Shown here: in pieces, positions 1-11,921 of the stretch
How positions within the stretch are numbered: the stretch's first letter is position 1
How the letters are laid out: every line of letters starts with the position of its first letter
Assembly (NCBI RefSeq): GCF_964204645.1
Contig: NC_134033.1
Span: 3,868,231 to 3,932,230 of the forward strand
Reading direction: 5' to 3'
Length of the DNA: 64,000 nt
Origin: Tubulanus polymorphus
Lineage: Eukaryota; Animalia; Nemertea
The notes under the pieces: generated by a model
What the model was told of the DNA's origin: nothing
Seen by the model: only the letters and a program-made list of their open reading frames with translations
The model's database searches: none
Program-made: the position numbers and the translations under genes

Positions 1-739
1 GACCGACTGGGACAAATTTATACCGGCAGCTTTATTTTCCTATCGAGTTAGCCCCAGTATGTCTACAAAAAGTTCGCCGTTCCAGATGCTCTATGGCCGT
101 AAACCAGTCCTACCTATCGATTCAGCCCTCTTACTCCCAGCTTCTAAACTCGTAGCGCACAGCCATGAAGAATATTTACAGACCTTACAACAAAAATTCC
201 AATTAATCCACACAGAAGCCATTGCTAACCAACTTACTAGTCAGGATAAAATGAAAGTCCAGTATGACAAGAAATCACGTGATATCAGTTTTGAAATTGG
301 CGAAAAAGTTTATTTGTATAAGCCTAAGATCAGTCGTAACGGCCTATCTAAAAAGTTAATGCACCCCTACACGGGACCGTACATTATACATGATAAAATT
401 CCAGCCGGAAATTTAAAACCCGTTACGTATAAGTTACAAACATTGGACGGTAAACTCTTGTCATCGTCTGAGCATGCCAGTAAATTAAAGAAATTTTTAG
501 GGCCTGAGTCAAGACTGATAAAAGATCATCCTAAACCTGCAACACTGGAACCAGATCAGTTTCTCGTGGAGAAAATACTAGCAAAAAGGAGTTATGCCAA
601 GAAAACATACTATCTGATTCGCTGGCTGGGCTTTCCTCCGTCAGAAGATAGTTGGGAACCAGAAGAAAACATCGATGACCCCAACCTCATCAGGCAATTT
701 AATGCTACTCACAATCCGCGGGCTCGATATATTCATTAG
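1..739 (+). CDS. Gypsy pol C-terminus: integrase end, GPY/F motif, chromodomain (5' part outside window)
   Basis: SPFQMLYGRKPVLPID, KLMHPYTGPY, FLVEKILAKR..YYLIRWLGFPPSEDSWEPEENI. Confidence 0.9.
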   Translation, partial: TDWDKFIPAALFSYRVSPSMSTKSSPFQMLYGRKPVLPIDSALLLPASKLVAHSHEEYLQTLQQKFQLIHTEAIANQLTSQDKMKVQYDKKSRDISFEIGEKVYLYKPKISRNGLSKKLMHPYTGPYIIHDKIPAGNLKPVTYKLQTLDGKLLSSSEHASKLKKFLGPESRLIKDHPKPATLEPDQFLVEKILAKRSYAKKTYYLIRWLGFPPSEDSWEPEENIDDPNLIRQFNATHNPRARYIH

Positions 740-1292
740 CTCTTTGTTTCGATATACTGTTCCGTTGAATTACACAACAACGCCCAGCTCGGACAAATCT
801 ACTCACGATCTGTTAATAGAGATAATTAAGACCGATCATTTCATCCTTGCATTTTCAATTGTATTATTTTTATTCGTAATAAGAACTGTTGCTTGCGACA
901 TAGCAAAATGTGTCGTGACGGTAAAAAGGCTTTGCAAAATCAAATTATTCGCGCATGGTACCGAGATAGTCTTACGAGCATCAAATATGGACCAACAAGT
1001 GCATGTGAAATTACAAACCTTGCCTGGTTGTGTCCATAGTTATAAGTTAGTCGGAGAAACTGCGCCAATCGAAATAAGTAATGTCGTCTATTGCCCACGT
1101 CCGAAGATCGATTGTAACTGGGGAAGTCTACGCGTCGTTCACGTGGAATCGGATCTAGAAATGGAGCTCCCACGACAAATACCCGTTTCCTGGATACAAG
1201 CGCTATCGTTTCGGTCCTTGACGGCCACACCAAAAATGGACGTTCAATTAGACATACGCGACATTAATACACGAGATATACAAGTGGTGTGA
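675..1292 (+). CDS. Additional Gypsy ORF downstream of pol, with one transmembrane segment
   Basis: 205-aa open frame between pol and PPT; hydrophobic HFILAFSIVLFLFVI; true start uncertain. Confidence 0.55.
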   Translation: MTPTSSGNLMLLTIRGLDIFISSLFRYTVPLNYTTTPSSDKSTHDLLIEIIKTDHFILAFSIVLFLFVIRTVACDIAKCVVTVKRLCKIKLFAHGTEIVLRASNMDQQVHVKLQTLPGCVHSYKLVGETAPIEISNVVYCPRPKIDCNWGSLRVVHVESDLEMELPRQIPVSWIQALSFRSLTATPKMDVQLDIRDINTRDIQVV

Positions 1293-1889
1293 CCGCGGTT
1301 TCAGTTATTTTTAATCACGCCATATTCAACTTACATATTATACGTTTTGTATTTTCATATTTTTCTTCTTATTGTGTATCATTAATAATTTTTTTTGTTT
1401 CCTCGTAATCGGTTATTGTAACTTTAATAGTGTATGATTGGTAAAATTCAGTTTTAATTTAATAAAGGATATTCAATCTAGTATCGATCACCAGCCGTAA
1501 GTGGATGTAGAGGTTATGGACGTGAACGGCGAGAGTATAGGAATCGTTGAAAGGCATTTGGTATCAGTTATACTGGGTTATATTTTATTTATGCATTATT
1601 CTATTTGTTGATAATCTATGATAATTGTAATTTACTTATTTCGTTAATTTACTTCATCCGTCTTTGGGTACTCAGTTTCTTTTATATTTGGCATATTCGT
1701 TATCTTTATCTACATATGTATTTTATATTATTACCTTTTTTTGTTTATGTAAATTGTTTTTTTTTTTGTATTTAAAATTCTTTTTTTAACCACCCTTTCC
1801 TCAACTATAAAACTTGTATAATGCTTTCATTTTAATGTAATTTTTTTATTTGTAAGTTCGAGTCGAACTTTTAAGAAAGGGGAGGGCTA

Positions 1890-2214
1890 TGTTAGGCATA
1901 AGCCGTATTTACTATATATTTGTTAAGCTTCTTATAGTCTTAGTATTATAGTCATGGAGATGGTCAAACAGATTATGCGCGATTAGCATGATCAGGCAGT
2001 CGTTGACCAACTCCATGACTACACAGTATTTGTTTATACTTTCATTGAAATGTATAAAATGGATTTGTAATATGGTTTCGGGGTCACTCTCGATCTGACT
2101 CTCGATTCGACACTTTCACTATCGTCAATAAACTGGAATCATCATCATACTCGTAAACTAACGTGTCTCTTTGCGGATCGATCTTGGTTGTTTGGAGGAT
2201 TCAGGAATCTTAAA
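1890..2214 (+). repeat. Putative 3' LTR
   Basis: Begins TGTTAGG three bases after the PPT; contains AATAAA; end ...ATCTTAAA is degenerate (CA expected). Confidence 0.65.
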
Positions 2215-4240
2215 GTTTTAAAATCATATAATAATGAAAATCCTTGATTGTATTGAGTTTGAATTATACTTGAAATATTTTCATCAGTTACTGTATCATA
2301 TTCTAAACATATATTCGATAATTTATAACTCCTATCTTTATTAACGCTAGATATTACAATTTCATTTACAGGAGCAAATGTTATTTCGAATATAACATCT
2401 TCTTGAATTGCATATTTATATAAAGGTGCATTGTTATTTATCAATTCAAAGTCTAATGGAATTTTATATTTGCTTCCATATATACTTTTTATCAATTTAT
2501 CTACAGCATTAGTTAATATTGCATTATGCGCTTCTGATCTTAATTTATTTTGGTTTTCTGATTGGATTCCTTGAAATATCATATTATTTCTATTTTCTTT
2601 AGTTAACCATAAATCTTTATAATGCATAAATAAATTATAATCATCTAATGTTTCTGGACCAATCTTTATTGTTAACTTTTTAATCAAATACCTTCCAACA
2701 TTATCAACAACATTATTATTATTATTACCGATTACTTTTATATCGGCTGATAAATAAATACTATTTGGAACATAAAAAGTATTTTGTGTTAATCTCGGAA
2801 TTCTAACATATAAAGTTTCATCGGGATTAATATTAGAAGGGTTATGAGTAATTATATGATGTGATCTTTCTGATTTAATAGCATTAGATATTCTATGATT
2901 CTTAGAAGGATTGATATAACTCCCACTCATTTATTTATTTAACAAAAAAATTAATTATTTATTTTTTATCATGTTTACTAGCCCAAAAATAATAGCACTT
3001 ACAACTGTAATTAAAAATAAAATAATATGTTCAGCAGCAAAGTTAATAATGTTTCCTGTTTTTTTATATAAAACCAACAATTGATGCAATAATTCCGGGT
3101 AATGCTGCAGCAGATTTTTTAGATAGTTCTCATAAATATTTTGCTAATTTCTTTAAACCATCCTTAACTTTAGCTTGTATAGAATTATTATCTGGAGGTT
3201 TATGCGGTTTATTGGGAGTAGGAGTAGATTTCAAAGCATTTCATATAGCTAAACCAATTGTTGTAAACAACATAGTTACAGCTGTTAGAATTGAAAGAAT
3301 TGTTATTCCTTCAAACTGGAATAATAATTTTATTCAATCTTTCAATAATATTTTAGAATCTGGTTTTATCAACAAATCTTTAAAAACATATTTTAATCTT
3401 TTAAATTTACTACCATATTCTTTTAATAATATATCTCTTTCACCTTTCAGTACTTCTAAATTATCTTTTAAATTATAAATTTCTTTTTCTAAATATGCAT
3501 TTCTTTTTTTGAATTCGATTTCTTCAATAACTTTATTATCTCTATCTAATTTTAATTGTTCTATTTCTTTATTTTTATCAGTTAATTCTTTTTCTAAAGT
3601 TCTAATTTTAAAATCTCTTATACTTTTATCATGCGCAATTTTATCAGATGCAAGTCTTATACTAATAATTTCTCTAATTGCTTTATCAGAAAATATATCT
3701 AAATCTTCTAATTCTTGATCTGTTGCATCAATTAATTTATTCGGTAAAAGTTTTTCAATTGGAACTTTATTTGATTTAAGTTTACTAGTTTTGGAAGTTA
3801 TATTTTGTTCGGAAGTTGTTTCTGTTTCTTGATTATCATCGATTATTTTAAATAAGTCATCAATTTTTTGACTAAATACTCTTATATTATCCTTTCTTTC
3901 TTCTTGTGTAACATCAGTTATTTCATTACTATTACTTAATTTTATCTGGTTTTAACTTAAGCAAAGTTGATTCCGCTAATATTTTATTTAGTCTTGCTCT
4001 TTGATCAGTGATATCAATATAATAATCACCATCCAAATGATAATAATATTTACCTTTAAAAAGTTTTAAATCTTTTACTAAAAGTCTGGCGCCTCTGTTA
4101 TTCATATTATATCCAGATCTTTCAAATGCAGGTTGGAATTTATGTATAAATTCTTTATATTCTAAATCTTGTTTTGATAAACCTTGATTTTCATTTTCAG
4201 GAGCTATTCTCGATGTAGTTCTGTTATCATGTTCATCTGT
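2215..4240 (-). pseudogene. Degraded Polinton fragment: coiled-coil/membrane protein gene plus 5' ~60% of major capsid gene (starts 2930)
   Basis: ORF 2145-2930 is nearly identical to 55880-57127 up to LLYD/FKT; 2950-4240 is the reverse-complement homolog of 54420-55859 with frameshifts. Confidence 0.92.
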
Positions 4241-4360
4241 TGATGGGGCGGCAACAACTCCAGGCGGAGGAACTGCGGCATCAATTGGAATTGATGCAGC
4301 ATTGTTTGCTAGAGATCTTCACAATATGGAAGCTGTCGAATTTCATGTATAAGCTGATTA

Positions 4361-4535
4361 CAGTCAACCCCCAATATACCGCCCTCCGATTAGGCGGCAC
4401 CCCTGCTTAAGGCCATGTTTTTCTCTCGGATATTTTTAATTAAATACATGAAAATCATCCCCGATATAACACCATACTGTCTATACCGCCAAAAGCGTTA
4501 AGTACCAATGTGGGTGTTATAGCGAGGGTTGACTG
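4361..4535. mobile_element. Tc1/mariner/pogo-type MITE, 175 bp
   Basis: TIR CAGTCAACCC...GGGTTGACTG flanked by TA on both sides. Confidence 0.85.
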
Positions 4536-4850
4536 TATAATCAATGTTGTGTAAGAACAAAGAAAACATAAATAGTAAATCTGCTTTACGATTGCTGGAT
4601 TTGGACTTGTTTAATTAGTACTCCTTAATATTTGGATAATTCGCCTCTTCTCTCTGTTTAGAATGTGTGATTTTATTTTCATATATACGTTTCCATGGTT
4701 ACTGTTGTCCTAATACATGGTGATAGGCGTAATTGCTGTTGTATTTCAATAATTTCTGAGATAGAAATGTTAAAGGGGAGGTCCCAGGAACCAGGGTAGA
4801 ATTTGGTCATGTCATGGATTTTTATTTTCTTGATTTTGAATGAAACCCTA

Positions 4851-7800
4851 GGGGCCGTCCATAAAGTACGTACGCATGAAAATGGCAGAAATTTAGTGGT
4901 CCTTCCTTTTGTACGCATGACGTACGAATCTGTTTTGTGCTCCTACCTTACGTACGTGAAAAATTAAAAAATCATTGGAGTACGTTAGATATTATGAATC
5001 ACTGCAGTTTACTCCAAAACGTAAGACATCGATCTTTGCAACGTTTCTTTATCAGCGAATAAACTTAAGACATGATTGTAGAAAGAAAAGGTAGAACATT
5101 TATTCAAATAAACGTTAAACACTTTTATGCATGTACCCGGTATCGTAGGCGGGAAATTCCCAGTACCGCGTTGCGTCGCTCTATAAAGAATGTGTAACTG
5201 TACTGAGATAATAAACTATTGGTTTAAAACAATTTATGGCCTATTTTTTTCAGTTGTATAGGGTCCATTGGTTCTGTAATGCATCAGATACATTTCGGTA
5301 GACACGGACATCAGTGTCTGTCTCTTAACTTCTGAAGTATCTCCTGAATCCGGATGATCCTCTCCTGATTAAGGCTCATCGTCATCGATACGTTCTAGAG
5401 GGATATCGTCATCCGGGGACTCCTCGTCATTGTTTTCAACTAAGGGAGGCTCTATCCTGTGAATTACCTTATGCCGATTAACGGCTGCATGACTCGGGAA
5501 ATAAACACCACATTTCTGGCAAATGCGGTCCTGTAGATTTTTGGCTGCCGGGCAATACAAGTCGTATGGAATTTCCCAACCCTTTTCTATGTACTTTTCT
5601 GCCGACTCGGGATTGACCTTGATTGCATTACGTTGCCACTAATTCGCAAAATTCATTTTGTTGCTGACAGTAATATCCTCAGGATTAGGGACTTCTATCC
5701 CGGAATTCACCTGGACCATGGGGTAGGGAGGTGGGAAGAAGCGAGTGGGCATTACATCCAGCCAGTTAGTGCGCCAGACACAACATTCGGGGTTTTGACA
5801 TTTTACAATTTGTAACATGTACTGGCTTACACGCATGTGTTTTACAAGCCAATCTTGAGATAGAGCTAGGGGATCAATATCTAGTGTACCAGTACCAGGG
5901 TTTATGTACTCTGCCGTCACAGGGTGCTTGTCAATCACCAATTTTGACCAAACCTCGCCCAACGTGGTACCAGCTTTTTGAAATTGGCTTTTTCAAGGTG
6001 TTCGTCTATGTTTTACCATTGTTCAAATGTGAGCCATAATGATCATGTGGTAGAACCAGACCCGATAGTTCTTTGGATAGACAAGCCATTCGACGTTCAA
6101 CGGGATTGTAGGCTGAGCGGCCAGATGCATATGTAGCAACCACGTAAACATCTAAATTGTACTCAATAAATCTGCCCACAGCTAAAAGAAGGGCTTTGGG
6201 AAAACGTGGATTTTCATCCGGCCCACCATCGCACGAAATGACAAATATTGGTTTCAATTGCCCATCTGAATTGATAATAGTAGATTTGAATTCATTAGAT
6301 TTGATCACTGTTTTCAAATCAAAACCATGGGTATATGCAGAGGAGCTGTCATGTTTTCCACTACGGATCGCAATGTAAGTTGGACCAGAATATGTTACAG
6401 CATTTTTGTCTTGCAAATTTGGGGCTATGGTACACCCTGCATATACCGATGGTATCAATTTATGTTTCTCCGCGACTACAAAATCGTGGTCTGGTAGGCA
6501 AACCCGATATTCCATGGACATTAACAGGGCCCTTTTTTATTGGCAGCGGTAATTCCTGTAGGTACCCTCGCCTTGTCATCCATGCTAAGCCATGTAGCTG
6601 AATTAGGCCCCATCATTGCACAGGCTTCCCGAATATGGTTAATGAAAGTCCAGGAAAAGTTTGCTGCAACATGTTTTTTAGGTTCGTTGCCCTGCGCTTT
6701 CGCCAATTTTACAGGCACAGTCTCCACATGGCGCTCCCCTTCAGATGTTACACTTGACCGTGGTTGAAGACGGAGATATGCAGCTGCACGATATATTGTG
6801 TATCCTGATTTGTGTAACTCGAGCGTAAGGTCATCGAGCGTTCTACAAGAGCTTAAAACCTCACACCTGCGCCGAGAATCAGCTGCACCAGGCTGAGAAG
6901 CAATTGAAATGATTGTGCCCAATAAGCCAGGCTGGTCACGTTCAACACGTGGCCTGCCAAACTCGGGACGGTTGAACTTTTTTTAACTTTGCCCCTGCTT
7001 CAGGATGTTTGTTTGTGATATCGTCCATTACACTTTTTTTCTCACTCCGGAATTTCCTCATACGCTCTGCTTCTAGCTGTAGACGACGTAGATTAGTTTT
7101 TTTTTCTCAAGGTCAGACTTAAGTGTTTTTTTTCTGCCGTCATCAGGTAAAATACCAGCATCCCCAAGTGTGTATAGAGCTACCAATTGACCCTGCATGT
7201 CATCAATTTGGCCTTGCAGTTCATCTTGTTTAGGCTTTTCCCGGACCACCCGATCATCTAAAAAATCCAAATTTTTTACCCATTTTTGAAAATTGTTCAA
7301 TGGTTTAATACTTGCAACCTTTGCCCGTAAAAATATAGCTCTTAAACACTCCGACAGTCACGTTCAATGATGGGCGTACTTTACTTTCAAAGAAATTACA
7401 GCATTAAACATGGCTTGCTATTCATATACAAGACTTTATCTCAGCCTCCCTCCCACCTATGATGTAGCAAAAAACTCACCTTTTTTGTCATCAGATGCCT
7501 GCGGAGATGCTTGAACCGTCGGTAGATCTACCCTCGGAACTTTTGCTGGAGGTTCCGCTGATGAGGGTGCAATGTGACCGGCTGCTGACGTAGTACTGCT
7601 CGTTTTTGGTACCGACGTAGTTGGTCCGGCACCCCAGAAAGTGATTGCTTTAAATTTGCGTTTACTGATAATCCCCTTCATATCTTTTACGTGTTGCTTT
7701 CTGCTATTATCGTCACTTAAAGACCTCCATAAATTCTGTCCATCGGACAGTTTTTTTGAGGGATAAGCCTCTTTGAAGACGGCTATGAAGTCGTTATACT

Positions 7801-8147
7801 TCTGAAGGGCAGCCATTACCACAGTTGAAAGTATGCATAAACAACAAACGAAAATTAATCAATAATATTTTATTTTGACGGTCTGTTTATTTTTGCTTCT
7901 ACTTGTACACACATCGATTTAATTTATTGATTGAGTCATTTCGCAGCTGACTTGGTAGTGCTACAACAAGATATATGTATTTCTATCTGTATTATTATAC
8001 GGGATTTGGGTGAAATATACAACATATTTTGTCCATTAAGTACGACGTACAGATTTGATAGCTGCCTGCTACCTATCGTACGCACTTTGTACGATCTGCT
8101 CCACAGGTCCTAGCTAGACCATGCGTACGTACTATATGGACGGCCCC
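4851..8147 (-). mobile_element. Full-length Zator-like DNA transposon, decayed
   Basis: 28-bp TIR GGGGCCGTCCATAWAGTACGTACGCATG (1 mismatch); 3-bp TSD CTA on both sides; internal transposase. Confidence 0.85.
5369..7822 (-). pseudogene. Zator-type DDE transposase, frameshifted into at least six ORFs
   Basis: SMDDKARVPTG, LPDHDF, DGGPDENPRF, GRSAYNPVERRMA, C-terminal CQKC..H...H finger; superfamily call from motif recall. Confidence 0.8.
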
Positions 8148-9408
8148 CTACATAATTTTGAGTAGATCCTGCAATTATCAGCTCTATAAATATAATTAAA
8201 GTACCTAAATTTGTTGGGGAATCCCCCTAAAACACGGATTTGGCTACTCGCTAAGATTTGGTTATCAATTAAAATACTTAAGGGCACTGCTGGTGTCTGA
8301 AAATCTCAGGATCCACTCACTATTCACTTAGCTTCATTTCAATGCAAAGAAGTTTAAAATCCATGAGATAAAAATTTTCGACCCCACTCCTGGGACACCC
8401 CCTTTAAAGTCTATGATTTTCCGACAAAAGGAAGTAGGTACAATGATTTAAGATCATTTAACAAAAGGAAATAACCGTCTTCTTCATTCCGCCACGGTCA
8501 GCAGTCCGCCACGGTCCGCCTTTAGACAATAGCCGAAAAAATCTGATACAAATTGTAATTATCTCTACACTTATACAGCTATCATAAACCGCCTGTCACC
8601 ATCGTTCCTAAATATTTTTGTCAGATTTTGATTTTTCTAAAATCATAACAATCTGTTACACTTCGTCTATCAATTTTCACAACAGAAACTAGTTTTTCAA
8701 TATAGCTATCATGTATTGCAATAAAAAACACAAACAAATTGATGTGACTCTTGCTTGCCTTATGTTTGTGTTAGGGTTGAGATGGTTTGCAGGTAATTTC
8801 TACGTTACAGTCTTTTAACATGGCGCCAATCAAACCAAAAATGGGAAATAAGTCTTCCAAATAATAAGTTCAGTTCATCATATTTCAAAGTTGTGAATTA
8901 ACATAACTCTTTACATCTGTATTCGTTAATACATTACGATATAAAAACACAAGGCTAATTTATGTTGATGTAATTATAACAATAATCACATTTAGAAGGA
9001 AATCAGTAATCATTTACTGTCACGCTAAAGCTAACTTATTGGCTCAAACAATGGCGATCCCTTAAAAGCTAAATTCAAAATTACTAAAAACATGCTAGGA
9101 CCGAATAAACATTAAATCGTATAGTAAAGTAAAGGTAAAGTAACACTTAGATGAGCATTTATCTTGTTTTACATCCTTTTCAGCTTTGGTTAAAATACAT
9201 CTGATTACACATGGTTGTAGAGTGTCACAATTTATTTACATGACTGTCCTAGGGAAAAATATGAATTCCGGCCAATTCTATACATCATTATAAGGCCTTT
9301 CTATAGATGACAATAAATGTTTACTCTCATTGTCCAATGTCGAATTCACAGTCATCACATCTTTATCTAAAACCGGACTTCAGACGAGAAATGACACTAT
9401 TAGGGTGA

Positions 9409-9978
9409 CTAATGACTACTAGAACTAGTAGAACTTCCACTACTAACCAATGCACCAGAAGCAATATCAACAATATAACGTCCAGATGCACTCTTTTCCC
9501 TGCTGCTTATTTGAACTGACTGAGCGTGTCCTATCTTACAAAAAGATGCAAAGTGCTCGCAGTTGCATGTTTTCAGGTTATATGTTCGCCATCGTATTGG
9601 GTTTTGCAATTCGGCTTTGGCTGTCATAACGACATCTTCTGCGGTTCTGTGAGACTTGTAGTCAACTCGGTAAATTTGATCGGAACCGGTGCCGCGTAAC
9701 ATACCCAACCCTCGTTTCAGAATGAATAATTGCTCGCCCCCAACTGCTTTGAAATCACTGATGCTCTTATATTCCACGACGCCTCTTGTGTCTAGAGGAA
9801 CCCCAACCAGGTCAATCACTCCGTTCCGGTGGCTGATAAATATTCCATGGTGATAGTACGCAGATATGCCAAAAATACCGCACGAAACAGCAATTTGGTC
9901 ACCTGGATTTAGCTCACTGTAAATTAAATTTGAATATATTTCCATATGCCATAAATTGTGAATCACTTTATCCAACAA
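9409..9978 (-). CDS. LRAT/HRASLS (PLAAT, NlpC/P60 permuted) domain protein, possibly pseudogenised upstream
   Basis: PGDQI, YHHGIF, YNLKTCNCEHFASFCKIG catalytic motif; in-frame TAA at 10000-10002. Confidence 0.85.
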   Translation of the reverse strand: MLDKVIHNLWHMEIYSNLIYSELNPGDQIAVSCGIFGISAYYHHGIFISHRNGVIDLVGVPLDTRGVVEYKSISDFKAVGGEQLFILKRGLGMLRGTGSDQIYRVDYKSHRTAEDVVMTAKAELQNPIRWRTYNLKTCNCEHFASFCKIGHAQSVQISSREKSASGRYIVDIASGALVSSGSSTSSSSH

Positions 9979-11098
9979 GCAATAAATGCAAGAGTTGTGT
10001 TATAGAATGGGAGATGAGGACCCGAAATCGGCAATTCCATTAAATCCACAAGCCATACAAGTTTTATTATCAATGGATAGGTAACATCATCCCGGCGCAG
10101 AATCCAACAATGGTTATTTGGACAACTGGTCCACATCTCCAATAATATTACTGCAGCTACAGCATTAAGGCGAAGCTGCGATAGTTTGTCTTTTAATTAT
10201 GACCATAGGAGGACAGTGATTATTACCATTAATGAAACATTGTGTTCATAATTAGTCCCCTTTTTGGTATTTTGATCATTGGTTTATTAAAATTTGTAAG
10301 GATGCCTGTGAGCAAAATTACGTATAATCAATACATGTTCTGGGGTTAAGAAATATAGAATCTCCACCGAGTATGTGGGGTGAATCTAAAATCTACAACG
10401 AGTGAAGGTTTTCTCATTCACGAGGCTTTGCTACAATTCTTAACCTGAAACGAGTTGTAGTTTTTAGATTTTAGGCTGGGGATTTTATTTCTACCCCACT
10501 AGTTTGATTTCATTCACAAAGCGGTGATTTTGACCAAAACAGCTGTTTACGTAATGTAAAAAACAGATCACGATGTTGTATTTATGCCTCCGCGTTTTCG
10601 CAAATTCATAATTACAAAAGGGCACTATTGCAGAAGCAGATGCAAAATCTAACCCACCCGAAAACACCGTCAAATTGTCCTAGTCTTGTTTCGAGGAATT
10701 TTTAAAATCGACACATTTTCCAAAAACTATTTTTGGTTAACCCTTTAGAGCCCTAGCGATTGTAAAAAATTATGCAATTTTTTCCAAATAGTCGAATCTC
10801 TTTTGGATTATTCTCGAAAGGTAAGGGGTCCACCGTTAGAAAGTCACGTGTATTATTGTGCCAAAGGGTATTTTAATGCATGACTAATTCTTAGAAATCT
10901 TGTTTTTAGAGACCATGCAGCTTTTGAATTCATATTTCATATAAATTAAGAATATATTATGAATCGATTTGATTTTCACCAAAAGCAAAGATGTTTCAAC
11001 TTCCTGATACATTTTTTTTATACAACAAATTTTATCAGAGCCATAATCATACAAATACAAATATATTACACTTATAAATGGCCCTGGATGGGCATTAC

Positions 11099-11921
11099 CA
11101 GGGGCGGATCCAGACCGTATTAGCCGTATTGCCCAATACGGTCTAGAATTTTTAAGTGCCCTTCGAAATTTCACCGGCAATATTTTTGACGGCATTATTT
11201 CAGCAACCGCTAATTCCGTGTCCGTAATCCGGGCATAATTATAAAATTAATCGGTATATACTGCTGCCAAGAAAGTGAGGAGAGATAATCATATTTGTAA
11301 AGACTTTAATCATGATAAATTAAAAAGGGCACTTTCCTTTTGCAAGGGGCACTCATGCTTTAGATGAGGGCACCTTGTCCTTCCTTGCCTTTTCAGGGAG
11401 GGCTAAAGGGGCACTCGTACTTTAGAAGAGGGCACTATACGCGGAAAATGTTGACGAAAAGGGCACTTTTTTGCCTAATTTTTAAAATTTTAGGGGCACT
11501 TTTGGTTTGGAAGATGGCACACGACATAAGGATAAATGTGAAGACGAGGCAATTTTTGCCGATTGTTAACAATGAAGGGGCACTTAGCCGTATTCTGTAT
11601 GATTGTTAAGGGGCACTTTTAAAGATTATAGGGGCACTAGGCGAAGTTGGCGACAACCATTCTTTCATGGGTTCGCCAGCTTCATTTTTTATCCGCATGT
11701 GTTGAAATCTTGTCTCGAATTCATTTATTCTGGATTGCTCTGCTAGCCTCTAGAAGCCCTCTAAAAGCCTTTAAATGGTACCATATTTTCAAACCCCCCT
11801 CTAAGGACTTCGCGCCTTAGGCGCTCGCATTGACCTGGATACTGGCTGTGCCCTAAGATCAGAAAGGTGCCCTTAAATTTCCTTCCAATACTGTCTACCC
11901 ATCCCCCTGGATCCGCCCGTG
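11099..11921. mobile_element. Non-autonomous hAT-like element with 5-bp TSD
   Basis: TIR CAGGGGCGGATCCAG...CTGGATCCGCCCGTG; ATTAC on both flanks; many internal GGGCAC motifs. Confidence 0.75.

Larger units (their letters stand above)
1..2214 (+). mobile_element. 3' part of a Ty3/Gypsy LTR retrotransposon (integrase C-terminus, extra ORF, PPT, 3' LTR), abutting a Polinton capsid gene relic
   Basis: Integrase C-terminus with GPY and chromodomain; PPT AAGAAAGGGGAGGG at 1873-1886; TG start at 1890; AATAAA at ~2127; capsid homology resumes at ~2215. Confidence 0.85.

Noticed and set aside
8278-8408. Possible TTAA-flanked Kolobok/piggyBac MITE
   Set aside because: The ends do not form a credible TIR
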